A DNA stretch of 64,000 nt from IMG/VR virus record IMGVR_UViG_3300044615_001997; one strand, given 5' to 3'. The position numbers and the translations under genes are program-made. The notes below the pieces were generated by a model. The model was not told the DNA's origin, did no database searches, and was given only the letters and a program-made list of their open reading frames with translations. Positions 1 to 10,386 of the stretch are shown piece after piece; within the stretch, counting starts at the first letter, position 1; the number at the start of each line of letters is the position of its first letter. The DNA is from a virus.

Positions 1-64
1 ACTATAACGAAGCTTATAGGTTTTCTGGCTTATTAAATCTATATATAGAAAAGGTTAATGCTAT

Positions 65-1738
65 ATGGGTCAGAAATCAGATGTAAAACTCGAAGTAACC
101 CCACTTCCTGGCGTCACTGTCACTGGAATAACTCTCAATTTTACAGCGGGAGCTATACCTACCTGTATTGTAGATGTCGCTCCCGACGAAAAGGACGTTA
201 TCAAGATTGAGGGAACAGCTAAAGGAATTTTAGCTAATCCAGATCAAGAAAAACGCAAGAATGACATTCAGGTTAAATTAGAAGTAAAAAGTAAGAGTGG
301 GGCCGGAGATAAAACCAGAAAGTTAGAATGGAAGGGATATTTTGACGGATTAACTGTAGGTAACACGGTAGGACAAAATACTTATCAAGCTATTTTAAAG
401 GGGAAAGCTCAAACCTTGTTAGAGTTAACTCTTTTAACTCCAGGATTACATCCTACATCGATTAATCCATATCGTAATCCCCTTTACGCTATCATAGGTA
501 ACGCTAATGCTGGCGACGAGCAGAGTGAGGTAGCTATAAGTAGTTCGGAGTGGTCAGCTGATGTAGATATAAAACAAGATCCTATAAAATTTTATACTAG
601 TCTTATTGAGCGTTTAATAAAATTACAAAAGTCAGAATATTCTAAATTTTTAGGAAGTGAAAAGGGTACGGACGGGCAACAAGCTATTGTAAAGATTTTG
701 AGTGAACAAAGGTACACAAAAGCTTTAACTAGGGCAGAAAAATTATGGCAAAAAATAAATACTGATGCTGTTAAATCGGGTAGCATATCTGGTTTAAAGT
801 GCAGTAATCCTAACGCTGCTAGCGCTATGCGAAATATGATACTTCAAGGCCCTAACGTCATGTTGGAAAACTACATGAATTTTTTAAATTTTATGGGATG
901 TACTATGATTTTTGGCGGAGACGAAAAAATGTGGGTTGTTCCAGAGAGGTCTTTTATAAAACAAGAGCACAGTAAACCTGGAAAGAAAAAACCATCCGAT
1001 AAAGTGAATGTGGCAAACCCAGCCGATTATAATAGTTATACTTACAACGATAACGGTTATAGGGATATTTTTGCTGTCATATCCATGACTGAAGTACCTA
1101 TCGGAGGCACAACAGTTTTATCTAAAGAACTCGAGCCTGGCTTTGTTGGCTGGTATTACGATGAAAATGAATTAACTCAAGCTTCAGGTTTGCTAGTAAT
1201 TAGAAATCACCCATTTTTTCCATTTTTTTCTGTTAACGACAATAACTATGCTGACGCTAAAGAAATGAAAAATAAAGCTGACGGAGGAAGCTCTTACTAC
1301 GAGTCAGAAAAAAAATGGGGGCAAGAAAAAGAAAAAGAAGATCAAAAAAAGCGAGCCAAAGAGAAACAGCAAAAATACGAACAGACTTTAAAAGACTTAA
1401 TAAACAACTATTCTGAGACAAAATTTTATCAAGGTCGTTATGGGGATAGACGTGGAACTATTACTATGGATTTTAATCCAAAATGGTGTCCTGGAACAGG
1501 AGGCACATTATTCGTCAGAGAAACAGGATTTTTTATAGACTTTTGGGTTGAGAGTGTTACTCACCGAGTAGATATGACTCCTCCCGCAGGTGGGTCAGCT
1601 ATAACTGTTGTTAACTTTTGCTGCGGTAGAATGGGGACTAGCCCTGTAGGAACTCAAAAAGACGTATTTTTAGGTTATGACAAGGGTAAAGAAAATCAAG
1701 TAAGAGACGCCTTTATACAAGACTTAAAAGCCCAATAA
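65..1738 (+). CDS. putative tail/baseplate hub-like structural protein
   Basis: 557-aa ORF upstream of baseplate genes. C-terminal RRGTITMDFNPKWCPG...FWVESVTHRVD resembles hub/late-control-D C-termini. Function inferred from context. Confidence 0.4.
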   Translation: MGQKSDVKLEVTPLPGVTVTGITLNFTAGAIPTCIVDVAPDEKDVIKIEGTAKGILANPDQEKRKNDIQVKLEVKSKSGAGDKTRKLEWKGYFDGLTVGNTVGQNTYQAILKGKAQTLLELTLLTPGLHPTSINPYRNPLYAIIGNANAGDEQSEVAISSSEWSADVDIKQDPIKFYTSLIERLIKLQKSEYSKFLGSEKGTDGQQAIVKILSEQRYTKALTRAEKLWQKINTDAVKSGSISGLKCSNPNAASAMRNMILQGPNVMLENYMNFLNFMGCTMIFGGDEKMWVVPERSFIKQEHSKPGKKKPSDKVNVANPADYNSYTYNDNGYRDIFAVISMTEVPIGGTTVLSKELEPGFVGWYYDENELTQASGLLVIRNHPFFPFFSVNDNNYADAKEMKNKADGGSSYYESEKKWGQEKEKEDQKKRAKEKQQKYEQTLKDLINNYSETKFYQGRYGDRRGTITMDFNPKWCPGTGGTLFVRETGFFIDFWVESVTHRVDMTPPAGGSAITVVNFCCGRMGTSPVGTQKDVFLGYDKGKENQVRDAFIQDLKAQ

Positions 1739-1739
1739 T

Positions 1740-2378
1740 ATGAAAGATAAAATTACAGTAGAAAAACTTTTAGCAGATCATAAAAAATTGATCGATTCTG
1801 AGTCTAGAAAATATGCTGTAAATGTACCTCTTGTAACAGTGCAGATTGAGGCCTACAAATTAGCTAGAAAAGCTGCTGAAACCTATACTCCCGGAGATGT
1901 GAAGTTTAGTACATATCTAGTCAATAATTTAAAAAAGTTATCTAGAATCTCTACTCAGTATGGGAGCTCTATTCGTATGCCGGAAAATATTCAGTTTGGT
2001 ATAAATAAATTGAATATAGCTGAAAAAGATTTAGAAAGCTCTTTGGGTAGGGAGGCCACCGTTTCAGAATTATCTGACTACACCGGATTCAACCTTAAAA
2101 CCGTAGACAACTTATTGAAAAACAAAAAAACAATGGTTTCTATTAATAACTTATTAACCACCCCCACCATCATAGACAGTTCTAACGACGAATGGCTTTC
2201 TTTTGTTTATCACGATTTAACAGCTAAAGATAAAATTATATTCGAGCATAAAACCGGCTTTGGTGGTAAAAAAGTTATAGAGAATGATAAAATAGCTAAA
2301 AAATTAAATTTGTCGCAAGCACAGTTAAATAATAGAATAAATATTATCAGTGATATGATTAACCGAGGCTGGAAATAA
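1740..2378 (+). CDS. phage sigma70-family RNA polymerase sigma factor
   Basis: Region 2-like KFSTYL..IRMP, region 3-like LGREATVSELSDYTG, C-terminal HTH-like IAKKLNLSQAQL. Confidence 0.75.
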   Translation: MKDKITVEKLLADHKKLIDSESRKYAVNVPLVTVQIEAYKLARKAAETYTPGDVKFSTYLVNNLKKLSRISTQYGSSIRMPENIQFGINKLNIAEKDLESSLGREATVSELSDYTGFNLKTVDNLLKNKKTMVSINNLLTTPTIIDSSNDEWLSFVYHDLTAKDKIIFEHKTGFGGKKVIENDKIAKKLNLSQAQLNNRINIISDMINRGWK

Positions 2379-2379
2379 C

Positions 2380-2799
2380 ATGCAAGTAAAAGAACTCAAA
2401 GAATTATTTCAAAAAATAAAAAAATGGTACGAGGAGGATATACCTGACAAGCGTGAGCAAAACGACAAAGAAGGTAGACGTTGGTATACAGATTCTTTAC
2501 CTTGGGATAAACCTTTGAAGGTTGAAGATTTAAAGAAAGCTACCGATAGACAGCAACTCAATCAGGAGTACGTTCAACGATGGAAAGAAACAAAGCCACC
2601 GGCACGTAAAGGTGTTTCTGCCCATAAGCTAGAAATAAGCCAGCTTTATTCTTTTAATAAAACATTTGTGCAAAGATATAAAAGCAGATTGAGATATTAC
2701 CAAGACGATACTTCTCAGAAAAAGGCCAGAATAATGTATAATGTGTGGCAGTCTTTCGCAATTTTTGATAGATTTAAAAATGAGACAATGAATGGATAG
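2380..2799 (+). CDS. hypothetical protein
   Basis: 139-aa ORF tightly packed between neighbours (1-2 nt gaps). Confidence 0.6.
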   Translation: MQVKELKELFQKIKKWYEEDIPDKREQNDKEGRRWYTDSLPWDKPLKVEDLKKATDRQQLNQEYVQRWKETKPPARKGVSAHKLEISQLYSFNKTFVQRYKSRLRYYQDDTSQKKARIMYNVWQSFAIFDRFKNETMNG

Positions 2800-2801
2800 A
2801 T

Positions 2802-3281
2802 ATGCCCATAATTAAAGAAACATCAGACTATACCGGTCGTAAAAAAGACATCAGTATTCTGCAGTATCCAAATGTAGAAATTATTGATGGAGTTGAGGTT
2901 TTCCCAAAATTTGGAAAACCTTCTCGTTTTTGTGCCGGAGTACAGAAGCTTATTCAACGTTATATGATTCTGATGCTTACAAATATAAAATCTCAAGATT
3001 ATTATCCAGATTTTGCTACAGACTTTTTATGGCCTTTACAGGCAGGTATAGGTCCGACAGACAACATCACAGCTCGTCAAATATTTACATTGGCGGATTA
3101 TGCAGCTGTAAATATAATAAAGAATTATCAAATAGACAACCCTGAGCTACCTCTAGACGAGCAGTTAGATTTTACTACTCTTCGTAATATAAGTTTGTAT
3201 GGTAGTTTTGTGTCATTTGATGTTAAACTAACTACGTTGGCTGGAGAAGCCGTAGATTTTCTAGTCCCATTACCTAAATAA
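2802..3281 (+). CDS. putative baseplate wedge protein (gp25-like)
   Basis: 159 aa, directly upstream of baseplate J-like gene. GVQKLIQRYMILMLT..S..YPDFAT pattern and LDEQL motif. Confidence 0.5.
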   Translation: MPIIKETSDYTGRKKDISILQYPNVEIIDGVEVFPKFGKPSRFCAGVQKLIQRYMILMLTNIKSQDYYPDFATDFLWPLQAGIGPTDNITARQIFTLADYAAVNIIKNYQIDNPELPLDEQLDFTTLRNISLYGSFVSFDVKLTTLAGEAVDFLVPLPK

Positions 3282-3282
3282 C

Positions 3283-4917
3283 ATGGCTGAAATATTACAA
3301 GAGACCGTAGATAGGCTTACAACATTTATTTCTGAAAATTATTCAGAGGCAGATGTTTCTCCTGGTTCTGTACTGAGTGAGTTGTTAATTAAGTTAGCCG
3401 CAGCGGTACAAAACGAACAATATAACTACATAGATAGCTTATCGCAAGGCAAAGCAATTTCACAAGTACTTAGCAATGAAACAGATAGCTATCTTTCTAC
3501 AATAGATTTAATCGCATCTAACTACAACACATCTAGAAGCGAAGGTAAGAAAGTTACAGGAAATATAAAGGTAACAGTTTCTTCCCCCAACACATATTCT
3601 TTTGTAGACAATTTAACTTTTATTCAGCCTGCTCTAGGTCTTAGGTATGTTGTTACTGGAGCTTTTGATATCGAAGAAAATCCTGATTTAACTAATGGAG
3701 AATTAAAGCTATACGAAAAAAACGGCATACACTATTTTATTTTACCTGTAGTAGCTGAAGAAGTTGGCGGTAACTACCAAGTATCTTCAGGAACTGTTTT
3801 TTCAGTTGTCGAACCCTTCTTTATAAATAATTTTGTAAAAGCTGAAGCTTACGGCAATTTTACTTCAGGTGCCCCAGTAGATACAGACAGGCAGCTGATA
3901 GCTAAGTTTAAACAAACCTTAGGTAGTTCTAGATTTGAATCGGCGGCAGGTATAGCCAACAGAATTAAGCAGCAATACCCATCATTTCAGTCACTTTCCG
4001 TTGTGGGGGCAAATGATCCTGAAATGCTGAGATCTAAACAAAATGTTTTAGGTATTTCTACTTTTGGTAAGGCGGATGTTTATGTCAGAACTTCAGTAGG
4101 ACCAGAGTTAAAAACTGCTACAGTCGTAGGTACAAAGATACAGAATGGAAAATGGCGAATTCAGTTAGACAACAGCTTTTGCTCAGGATTTTATAGACTT
4201 TCTTCTATTTTACCCGCTGTAGATGATATATCTATGAGTGGAACTTTACTTACAACAAATATCTCTTACGGTTATAGGCAGTTTTTGGGTGCTAGAAATA
4301 ATGAAATTAATAACGCTCTAGAAGCTCGTTTTACAAAATATCAAACAGCCGCCATAGACTTTAGCTATAATGAAACTCCAAATATACCTTTAGTCTCAGG
4401 GCAACAACCCCCAACTAAAGAATTTGAAATCACAGCAATTTATCAACCTTACATAGAAGAAATTCAAAATCTACTTCTTTCGGATAGCGAACGATTTGCC
4501 TGTGCCGACTATTTGGTTAAAGCTGTTTTACCTTGTTTTGTTTCTTTAGAGATACCTGTTGTAAAAAAACAGAGTACAGACACTTATGACTCGTTACGAT
4601 TGAATAAATTAAAGCAGGATATATTTACATATATAAACACTATTCCTTTTGGAGAAGATTTGTACGCATCTAAAATTATAGATCTATGTCATAATTACGA
4701 CATCGCACGTGTAGATTTACCTGTAGTTTTAAAGGGAGATATTTTTTGTAATGATGGAACAATAATTACTATAACAGATACAGATTATTTATCTATACCT
4801 ACACGAATAGAAAAAGGTGTTTCTAAAATGACTACGCTTTATTTTACAGATTATTATAGATTTGACCAAGATGATGAGCTAGAAACCGTAGACAATATAG
4901 GAATTAAATTAATCTGA
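3283..4917 (+). CDS. baseplate J/gp6-like wedge protein
   Basis: D.SPGSVLSELL N-terminus, IDLIASNYNTSR..GKKVTG, VVAEEVGGNYQV, FTSGAPVDTD.QL, G.ADVYV motifs typical of baseplate J. Confidence 0.75.
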   Translation: MAEILQETVDRLTTFISENYSEADVSPGSVLSELLIKLAAAVQNEQYNYIDSLSQGKAISQVLSNETDSYLSTIDLIASNYNTSRSEGKKVTGNIKVTVSSPNTYSFVDNLTFIQPALGLRYVVTGAFDIEENPDLTNGELKLYEKNGIHYFILPVVAEEVGGNYQVSSGTVFSVVEPFFINNFVKAEAYGNFTSGAPVDTDRQLIAKFKQTLGSSRFESAAGIANRIKQQYPSFQSLSVVGANDPEMLRSKQNVLGISTFGKADVYVRTSVGPELKTATVVGTKIQNGKWRIQLDNSFCSGFYRLSSILPAVDDISMSGTLLTTNISYGYRQFLGARNNEINNALEARFTKYQTAAIDFSYNETPNIPLVSGQQPPTKEFEITAIYQPYIEEIQNLLLSDSERFACADYLVKAVLPCFVSLEIPVVKKQSTDTYDSLRLNKLKQDIFTYINTIPFGEDLYASKIIDLCHNYDIARVDLPVVLKGDIFCNDGTIITITDTDYLSIPTRIEKGVSKMTTLYFTDYYRFDQDDELETVDNIGIKLI

Positions 4918-6755
4918 TGGACTTCGATTTTATATCTAAAAAATTTCCTTCAAATGACGCAACCGACGGTAATAAGTTATACAAATCACTTGGATCGTTT
5001 TGGACTCAGATTTTTCAAGAGAAGGGAACTCTAAAAGGTTATACTTTAGGTATGGCCGAAGAGTTAATTCAAAGTTATTACTCTCTTATCGAAGTTTTAA
5101 ATTCTTATTCGATTAAAGATACTCCTATTTTTAATTTAAAGCGTTGGCAGCCTATCACTATAAAAAAATCTGAATTTAATCAGGTTTCTTTAAACTTTCA
5201 AAAAAACTCCGCTGTTTTTGGAGCTCAACCAGAAAGCGATAGATTTTATGCTGGAAAAGTTTTTCGTTTTGGTTTTCCTAAAAACACTAATAATAATGTT
5301 TTTAGCTATAAGCCAAAAATTAAGTTAAAAAAATTTAATTTGTTAGCTAACCGAATTATAGGTCCTTCTATTTTTTACATAAATGGTGTTGATGTGATTA
5401 TTGATGATTTTGATGTACTTTATTTTAATAAAAATATTTTTGAATCAAAAGAATTCCCTAAAGCCTCTATTGTTAGCGAACATGGAGAGCCAGTAACATT
5501 TAAAGATGAAAAAGGTAACATTGTTGATGACGAATTTATTATTATTTGGGCTTATCATGCTGAATTAGATAATGCTAATTTGTATGATAATTTTGGTCGA
5601 ATTTTTGAATTAAACTTACCTTCATCTCAAAGCTATAAAGATATTTTAAATGGTATAATTAATTTGTTTGTCGCTGGCCCTACTGTTAATGCAATAAAAG
5701 CTATAATGTCGGCTTTTGGAGGGGTTGTTCCGGTGATAGAGCCCGAAGAGACAGTAGAGCAAGTTTATTCAGATAATTTAAATAAGTATGTGGTTACCGA
5801 TAAAAATATATACACATTTAAACCATATCAAAATATTTTAAAAAATATAACAGTAGGTTCAACTGTTTATGGTGGAGAGATTTTAATAGACTTGGTGCAA
5901 TATTATGACCTTTTAACTACGCCCCAATGGTGGCAAAAAGAGATTACTACACCTAAACTGGCACTTTCGTCGCATATATTTTTAGGAAATTATAAGCACC
6001 AGCTTTTTTTACCTAACAATGTAGATTTAATTACTTTAACTACTCAAGACAATCTAGTTTTTCCGATTCAGGGTAGAGCAGAGGATGTCAGAGAATTTCA
6101 TAAACACATAAACAAGCCAGAAAATAAACAAGAGTTAAAACAAAAGTTGGGATTAACACCTGACTCTCCATCTACGGTAATAAATCCCGTAGACTTTGTT
6201 TTTACAAACATACTAAAAAATAATACTGCGTTATTAAAATTTAATTTTAACAATCCTGAAGAATTAGCATACTTTTTTAATTTTTTACCGCTAATTAAAG
6301 ATTACCTACCTCCACACGTTTATTTACTGTTTTATATTAACCTTAATTTGCCTATTGATGTTTTGGATAACTTGAATGAGCGTTACAGTTTAAAGGATTT
6401 TCCAAATATTCCTTTAAGTATAGACGGTTCTTTAGGGAATGGTCTACGTCCCCAGCTAGCTACAAACGATATCTCATATTACAAAGATTATATAAATAGA
6501 CTTTTTTGTATTAGTGAAGGACCCTACGCTGAAGACGCTGCCCATGGAGGCACAATTCCAGCTTCTGAAGAAGATAAAGAGCCATTACACAAAGAACAAA
6601 ATTTATTAAAAGTAACTATGATGACTGAAGGGCAAGGAGCGGCTATTCCTGGACAAGCTAGGGTAATTAGTGGTAAAGTTTTTACTAGCATACCTGAAAC
6701 ACCTGTACCGACTACTAGAGAAATTCCTACAGTGTTATTAATCGACTTTTCCTAG
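4917..6755 (+). CDS. putative baseplate wedge subunit
   Basis: Follows the J-like gene with a TGATG overlap. LYDNFG..F, GPTVNAI and YLPPHV motifs resemble wedge/tail I-like proteins. Confidence 0.5.
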   Translation: MDFDFISKKFPSNDATDGNKLYKSLGSFWTQIFQEKGTLKGYTLGMAEELIQSYYSLIEVLNSYSIKDTPIFNLKRWQPITIKKSEFNQVSLNFQKNSAVFGAQPESDRFYAGKVFRFGFPKNTNNNVFSYKPKIKLKKFNLLANRIIGPSIFYINGVDVIIDDFDVLYFNKNIFESKEFPKASIVSEHGEPVTFKDEKGNIVDDEFIIIWAYHAELDNANLYDNFGRIFELNLPSSQSYKDILNGIINLFVAGPTVNAIKAIMSAFGGVVPVIEPEETVEQVYSDNLNKYVVTDKNIYTFKPYQNILKNITVGSTVYGGEILIDLVQYYDLLTTPQWWQKEITTPKLALSSHIFLGNYKHQLFLPNNVDLITLTTQDNLVFPIQGRAEDVREFHKHINKPENKQELKQKLGLTPDSPSTVINPVDFVFTNILKNNTALLKFNFNNPEELAYFFNFLPLIKDYLPPHVYLLFYINLNLPIDVLDNLNERYSLKDFPNIPLSIDGSLGNGLRPQLATNDISYYKDYINRLFCISEGPYAEDAAHGGTIPASEEDKEPLHKEQNLLKVTMMTEGQGAAIPGQARVISGKVFTSIPETPVPTTREIPTVLLIDFS

Positions 6756-6779
6756 CATTAACGTATAATTGTAGAAAAT

Positions 6780-7355
6780 ATGATAAACACAGAAAGTACT
6801 AATTTGAACAAGTCCATTTCCGGATTCATAAAGGTATGGAAAACCTCGCCGGAAACAGGTGAGAGCCAGTTGATCGTAGACCAGCCTAATATGATTTTGT
6901 ACGGCGGGGCTAGACTAATGTCTTACGCTATTTCTGGAAGAGAAAATGCAAAAATTTGGGGAATGTACATTGGCTTTAATAACAACCCAAATGGCGAATT
7001 TACCAGACCCGTCATAGACCCATCTTATTCTCAACCATTTGCAAATTTAGATCCTGACGATGGATTTGGTTATTTAAGAGAGCCTTTAACATTTACTCCA
7101 ACTTATCTATCAGACGGCATTTATACAGATAATACCGCATTATTTAGCGTTATGGTAACGTCATCTACCTCCATTAATGCTACACCATTTTTGCATGATG
7201 TTAGCCGTATTTACGAGGTAGCTCTGGTAGGATCTTTAGATCCTTCCAACAGTACGAAGGACATAGTTTTTTCTAGAACAGGTTTTAACCCTGTTAAATA
7301 TGATACTAATTTTAATTTTACAATAACTTGGGGGATCAAATTCCTCGTAGACTAA
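6780..7355 (+). CDS. putative baseplate/tail-fibre attachment protein
   Basis: 191 aa. NMILYGGA.LM, IYEVALV, VFSR..F.PV..D.NFNFTITWGI pattern. Structural context. Confidence 0.45.
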   Translation: MINTESTNLNKSISGFIKVWKTSPETGESQLIVDQPNMILYGGARLMSYAISGRENAKIWGMYIGFNNNPNGEFTRPVIDPSYSQPFANLDPDDGFGYLREPLTFTPTYLSDGIYTDNTALFSVMVTSSTSINATPFLHDVSRIYEVALVGSLDPSNSTKDIVFSRTGFNPVKYDTNFNFTITWGIKFLVD

Positions 7356-7363
7356 TTTTAGCC

Positions 7364-9469
7364 ATGCCTATCACACCTTGGGTTCCTACAGTAAGAACGA
7401 TCAGAGACGGGGAAGAAGTTTCTCAGTCTGTGGTGAACGTACCTCTCGAACAATTAATTCAGAGGGAGCAGCACCTGTATGAAAAATTTGAAGAATTGCT
7501 CGGTAAATCTGTTCTCATTGCGTTTGGGCAACCAGTTTATCCTACAGAGCTGCAAGGGACCAAACCCCTACACCAAGATGAACTAAATATTGTTTATTTT
7601 AGAGAAGACTCTGGTGGTCGTGGTGTGGCTAGAGCTTTAACAGGGTTTTCTTCCACTAGTACTAAGGGTATGTATGCACCCAATAAGTCTAATTATTCTT
7701 TTGGTATTGTTAAAGCTATGTCTCCAGGAACGACTCCGTTGGTAGACACCTATATTGAGGGACTATGCGAGTTATCAATTGATTTAGACGATCCAGACCG
7801 TGGTTTAATTGAAGTCGAAAGAAACCATTTAAATGAGCCTGTCGTGGAACCTTTTGAAGTAGGTCCTTATTATTTATCCAGAAAATATCCTGGCAAGATA
7901 ACCAAAGATCCTGCAGGTATCCCAACTTATGTAGGATACGCTATATCTAAACGTAAATTTTTGTTACATGCCTCAGTTGACGAGTTTTCTCAATTTTTTA
8001 TTAACTACAGATATAATGTTTTGGATCGACCAGCCGCAACACCATTACTGACAGGAAGTACTTGGACGATACCCACAACCGGTAATCCAAATAGGCTTGG
8101 TTGGATAGCAGCTAATTCTAATAATTTACCTGGTTATTCAATTCCTTCAGGAGCTAAGTTTTTTTATTATATTCCTGAAGGACTATTGCTGCCTACTTCA
8201 CCAGACGCAGATTCATTGACAGAAAGTGAAAAAGTTGAGGCATCAGAATTAAAAGGATTACTTCCTCCTGTACCTTCAAACTTTGTAGAAATCAAAGCAA
8301 ATGGTATTACACAACGTTTGTTAGATGAGTACACACCGGACGGTATATATAAAATAGATAACTATGGTTTATGGTGGTTCGATGACCAGGCGGGATTTCA
8401 ACCTTGGGCAGATGACATTTTGTCGGAAGGTGTTTGGACTCCGAACGACTGGCTAGAATATAGGGGTAGTAACTTTAGAAGACCTAGGCTTTTTATATCT
8501 TTTTCTAAATTTAACCCAGCTTTGAGAACACAGTTAGTTAGTTCTCTAACTCCTTATAATGATTTGGAAAACTCTAATGTCCCTGCAGGTGAAAAAAATA
8601 ATAGTGAGGAATTTATAAAGTTTTATTTAAAGGAAACAATTACTTCAGCCGTAGTCAAAGAATCTAAGACAGGTGACTTGGCTGTAAAAGTTACACCTAA
8701 GTTTATTCCTAAAGGAGTCACAGGATCAGCTCCAATCCCACCGCAAGCACCTACAGCCACCTATACATCTGACAGAGGTGTAGCTGACCTATCTTTCGAC
8801 CAAGCAGCAGGAAAGTTTGTAAAAGTTTCTACACCGGTAGTAGCTAAAATAAATGGTCAGGGCGGAATAAATGTAACTCCGGCACAGAATCAACCAGGCG
8901 TATTCAACATATCATATATGTCTACAGGTATCTATGGTGCCATCGATTCAATAGAGCCTGTTAACGCTAGATTGGAGTTTAGAGGATTAAGTTCTTATTT
9001 AAAATTTCCATATGCTCAAACGATAACAGTTCCTTATGGTGTCATAGGTAAAATATTATTAACTAAAAAAGCTATAGCCGCTCCCGCTAATCTCAAAATA
9101 TATGTTCAAGCCTTCGGCACTGCGAGCTATGCACCAGAAGCTACCGATAAACAAATAGCTTTTACATTTGAATATGCTGCAACCACAGCTGCCAATAGTG
9201 AAGCTCCAACATCGGTCAAGATAGCAAATAAGTCTGTTTTAACTGCCGCAGTAAGCAGCTCGGTTGTTTTAACCACTCTCACACCAATAGAGGAAGGTTA
9301 TACTGCGTATGATGTAGTTAATCTTGAAGGTAACCTTGTTATCCCAGCTGCTAATATAGCCGAGGACACTGTAGTAAATTTTAAATTAATGCGAAACATC
9401 ACTGAAACCGGTAATTACTTAGGAGACCTAGGTATACTTGGTTTATACTGGGGTGTAGAACTAACATAA
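7364..9469 (+). CDS. putative tail/baseplate structural protein
   Basis: Start moved to ATG 7364. N-terminal IRDGEEVSQSVVNVPLEQLIQREQHLYE resembles tail-fibre N-termini. Confidence 0.5.
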   Translation: MPITPWVPTVRTIRDGEEVSQSVVNVPLEQLIQREQHLYEKFEELLGKSVLIAFGQPVYPTELQGTKPLHQDELNIVYFREDSGGRGVARALTGFSSTSTKGMYAPNKSNYSFGIVKAMSPGTTPLVDTYIEGLCELSIDLDDPDRGLIEVERNHLNEPVVEPFEVGPYYLSRKYPGKITKDPAGIPTYVGYAISKRKFLLHASVDEFSQFFINYRYNVLDRPAATPLLTGSTWTIPTTGNPNRLGWIAANSNNLPGYSIPSGAKFFYYIPEGLLLPTSPDADSLTESEKVEASELKGLLPPVPSNFVEIKANGITQRLLDEYTPDGIYKIDNYGLWWFDDQAGFQPWADDILSEGVWTPNDWLEYRGSNFRRPRLFISFSKFNPALRTQLVSSLTPYNDLENSNVPAGEKNNSEEFIKFYLKETITSAVVKESKTGDLAVKVTPKFIPKGVTGSAPIPPQAPTATYTSDRGVADLSFDQAAGKFVKVSTPVVAKINGQGGINVTPAQNQPGVFNISYMSTGIYGAIDSIEPVNARLEFRGLSSYLKFPYAQTITVPYGVIGKILLTKKAIAAPANLKIYVQAFGTASYAPEATDKQIAFTFEYAATTAANSEAPTSVKIANKSVLTAAVSSSVVLTTLTPIEEGYTAYDVVNLEGNLVIPAANIAEDTVVNFKLMRNITETGNYLGDLGILGLYWGVELT

Positions 9470-9474
9470 CTTAA

Positions 9475-10377
9475 ATGCCTTGGATAGATTCATTAGATTA
9501 TTTAAACTTAAACTCCTTGAGACGTTATCCTTTGAGAGAAGGAACGTCTGTTAGGAGCATAGATGAACTATTTGAAATTCCCGATACTTTAATCGTAGAA
9601 TTTTCTTTGGCAGCGTCTAACGACGTCAGCAAACGTTATTATATATCAAAGTTTTTTAACAAGATCTTTTCTGCCACAATAGAGATATCAGAAATTTCTA
9701 CAATCCCCGACCTCGTTGTTGGCAGCTTCGATATAGATTTTAATACACATAAAATCAACGATACTTATTATTTAACAGCCACTAACGACTATGTTGGGGC
9801 AAGGGGAAGAATTACTTTAGGTAGTATAGAGGATCTTAAAAATCAGCCAGCCGGTAATTTTATTTTTTCACCAGAAGCCACAGAGCTTGAGCCTAAAACA
9901 ATAGTGCCGGGATTGGCTGGTGTAACAAGAATTAAATATATTGATTCAGAGTCAAATACCAGAAGTTTAACTGGTGATGTGATTATGCAGGCTCGGAACA
10001 ATATGAGATTTCAATATGAGCTTGATGAAAATCGCGTGGTTATGGATGTGGGAGATAACCTGGGGTTAAATAAAAATTGTGAAGTAACAAACTGTATCAA
10101 GAGAATAAATGGTGTGGGTCCTGATCCTGACACAGGAAACATTAGTTTGTTAGGTATTGATTGTTTAAATATTTCTAGTACATCGCCATATACAATAGAG
10201 TTGGATGATAGTTGCTGCACACCTTGCTCTGGTTGTGAAGATTTGTCTGAATTAACAACCAGGCTTACAAGTTTAGAAAATAAATTTATTGAACTTAAGA
10301 ATTTCTATACAACTATAAACGGACAATTAACAAATTATTTAACAACCGTTAATTCTAATTGTGAATGTCCTGATTAG
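9475..10377 (+). CDS. tail fibre/adaptor paralog 1
   Basis: YLNLNSLRRYPL N-terminal motif, IKRINGVGPD..GNISL, Cys cluster CCTPCSGC followed by a coiled coil. Confidence 0.55.
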   Translation: MPWIDSLDYLNLNSLRRYPLREGTSVRSIDELFEIPDTLIVEFSLAASNDVSKRYYISKFFNKIFSATIEISEISTIPDLVVGSFDIDFNTHKINDTYYLTATNDYVGARGRITLGSIEDLKNQPAGNFIFSPEATELEPKTIVPGLAGVTRIKYIDSESNTRSLTGDVIMQARNNMRFQYELDENRVVMDVGDNLGLNKNCEVTNCIKRINGVGPDPDTGNISLLGIDCLNISSTSPYTIELDDSCCTPCSGCEDLSELTTRLTSLENKFIELKNFYTTINGQLTNYLTTVNSNCECPD

Positions 10378-10386
10378 AATTAAGGT

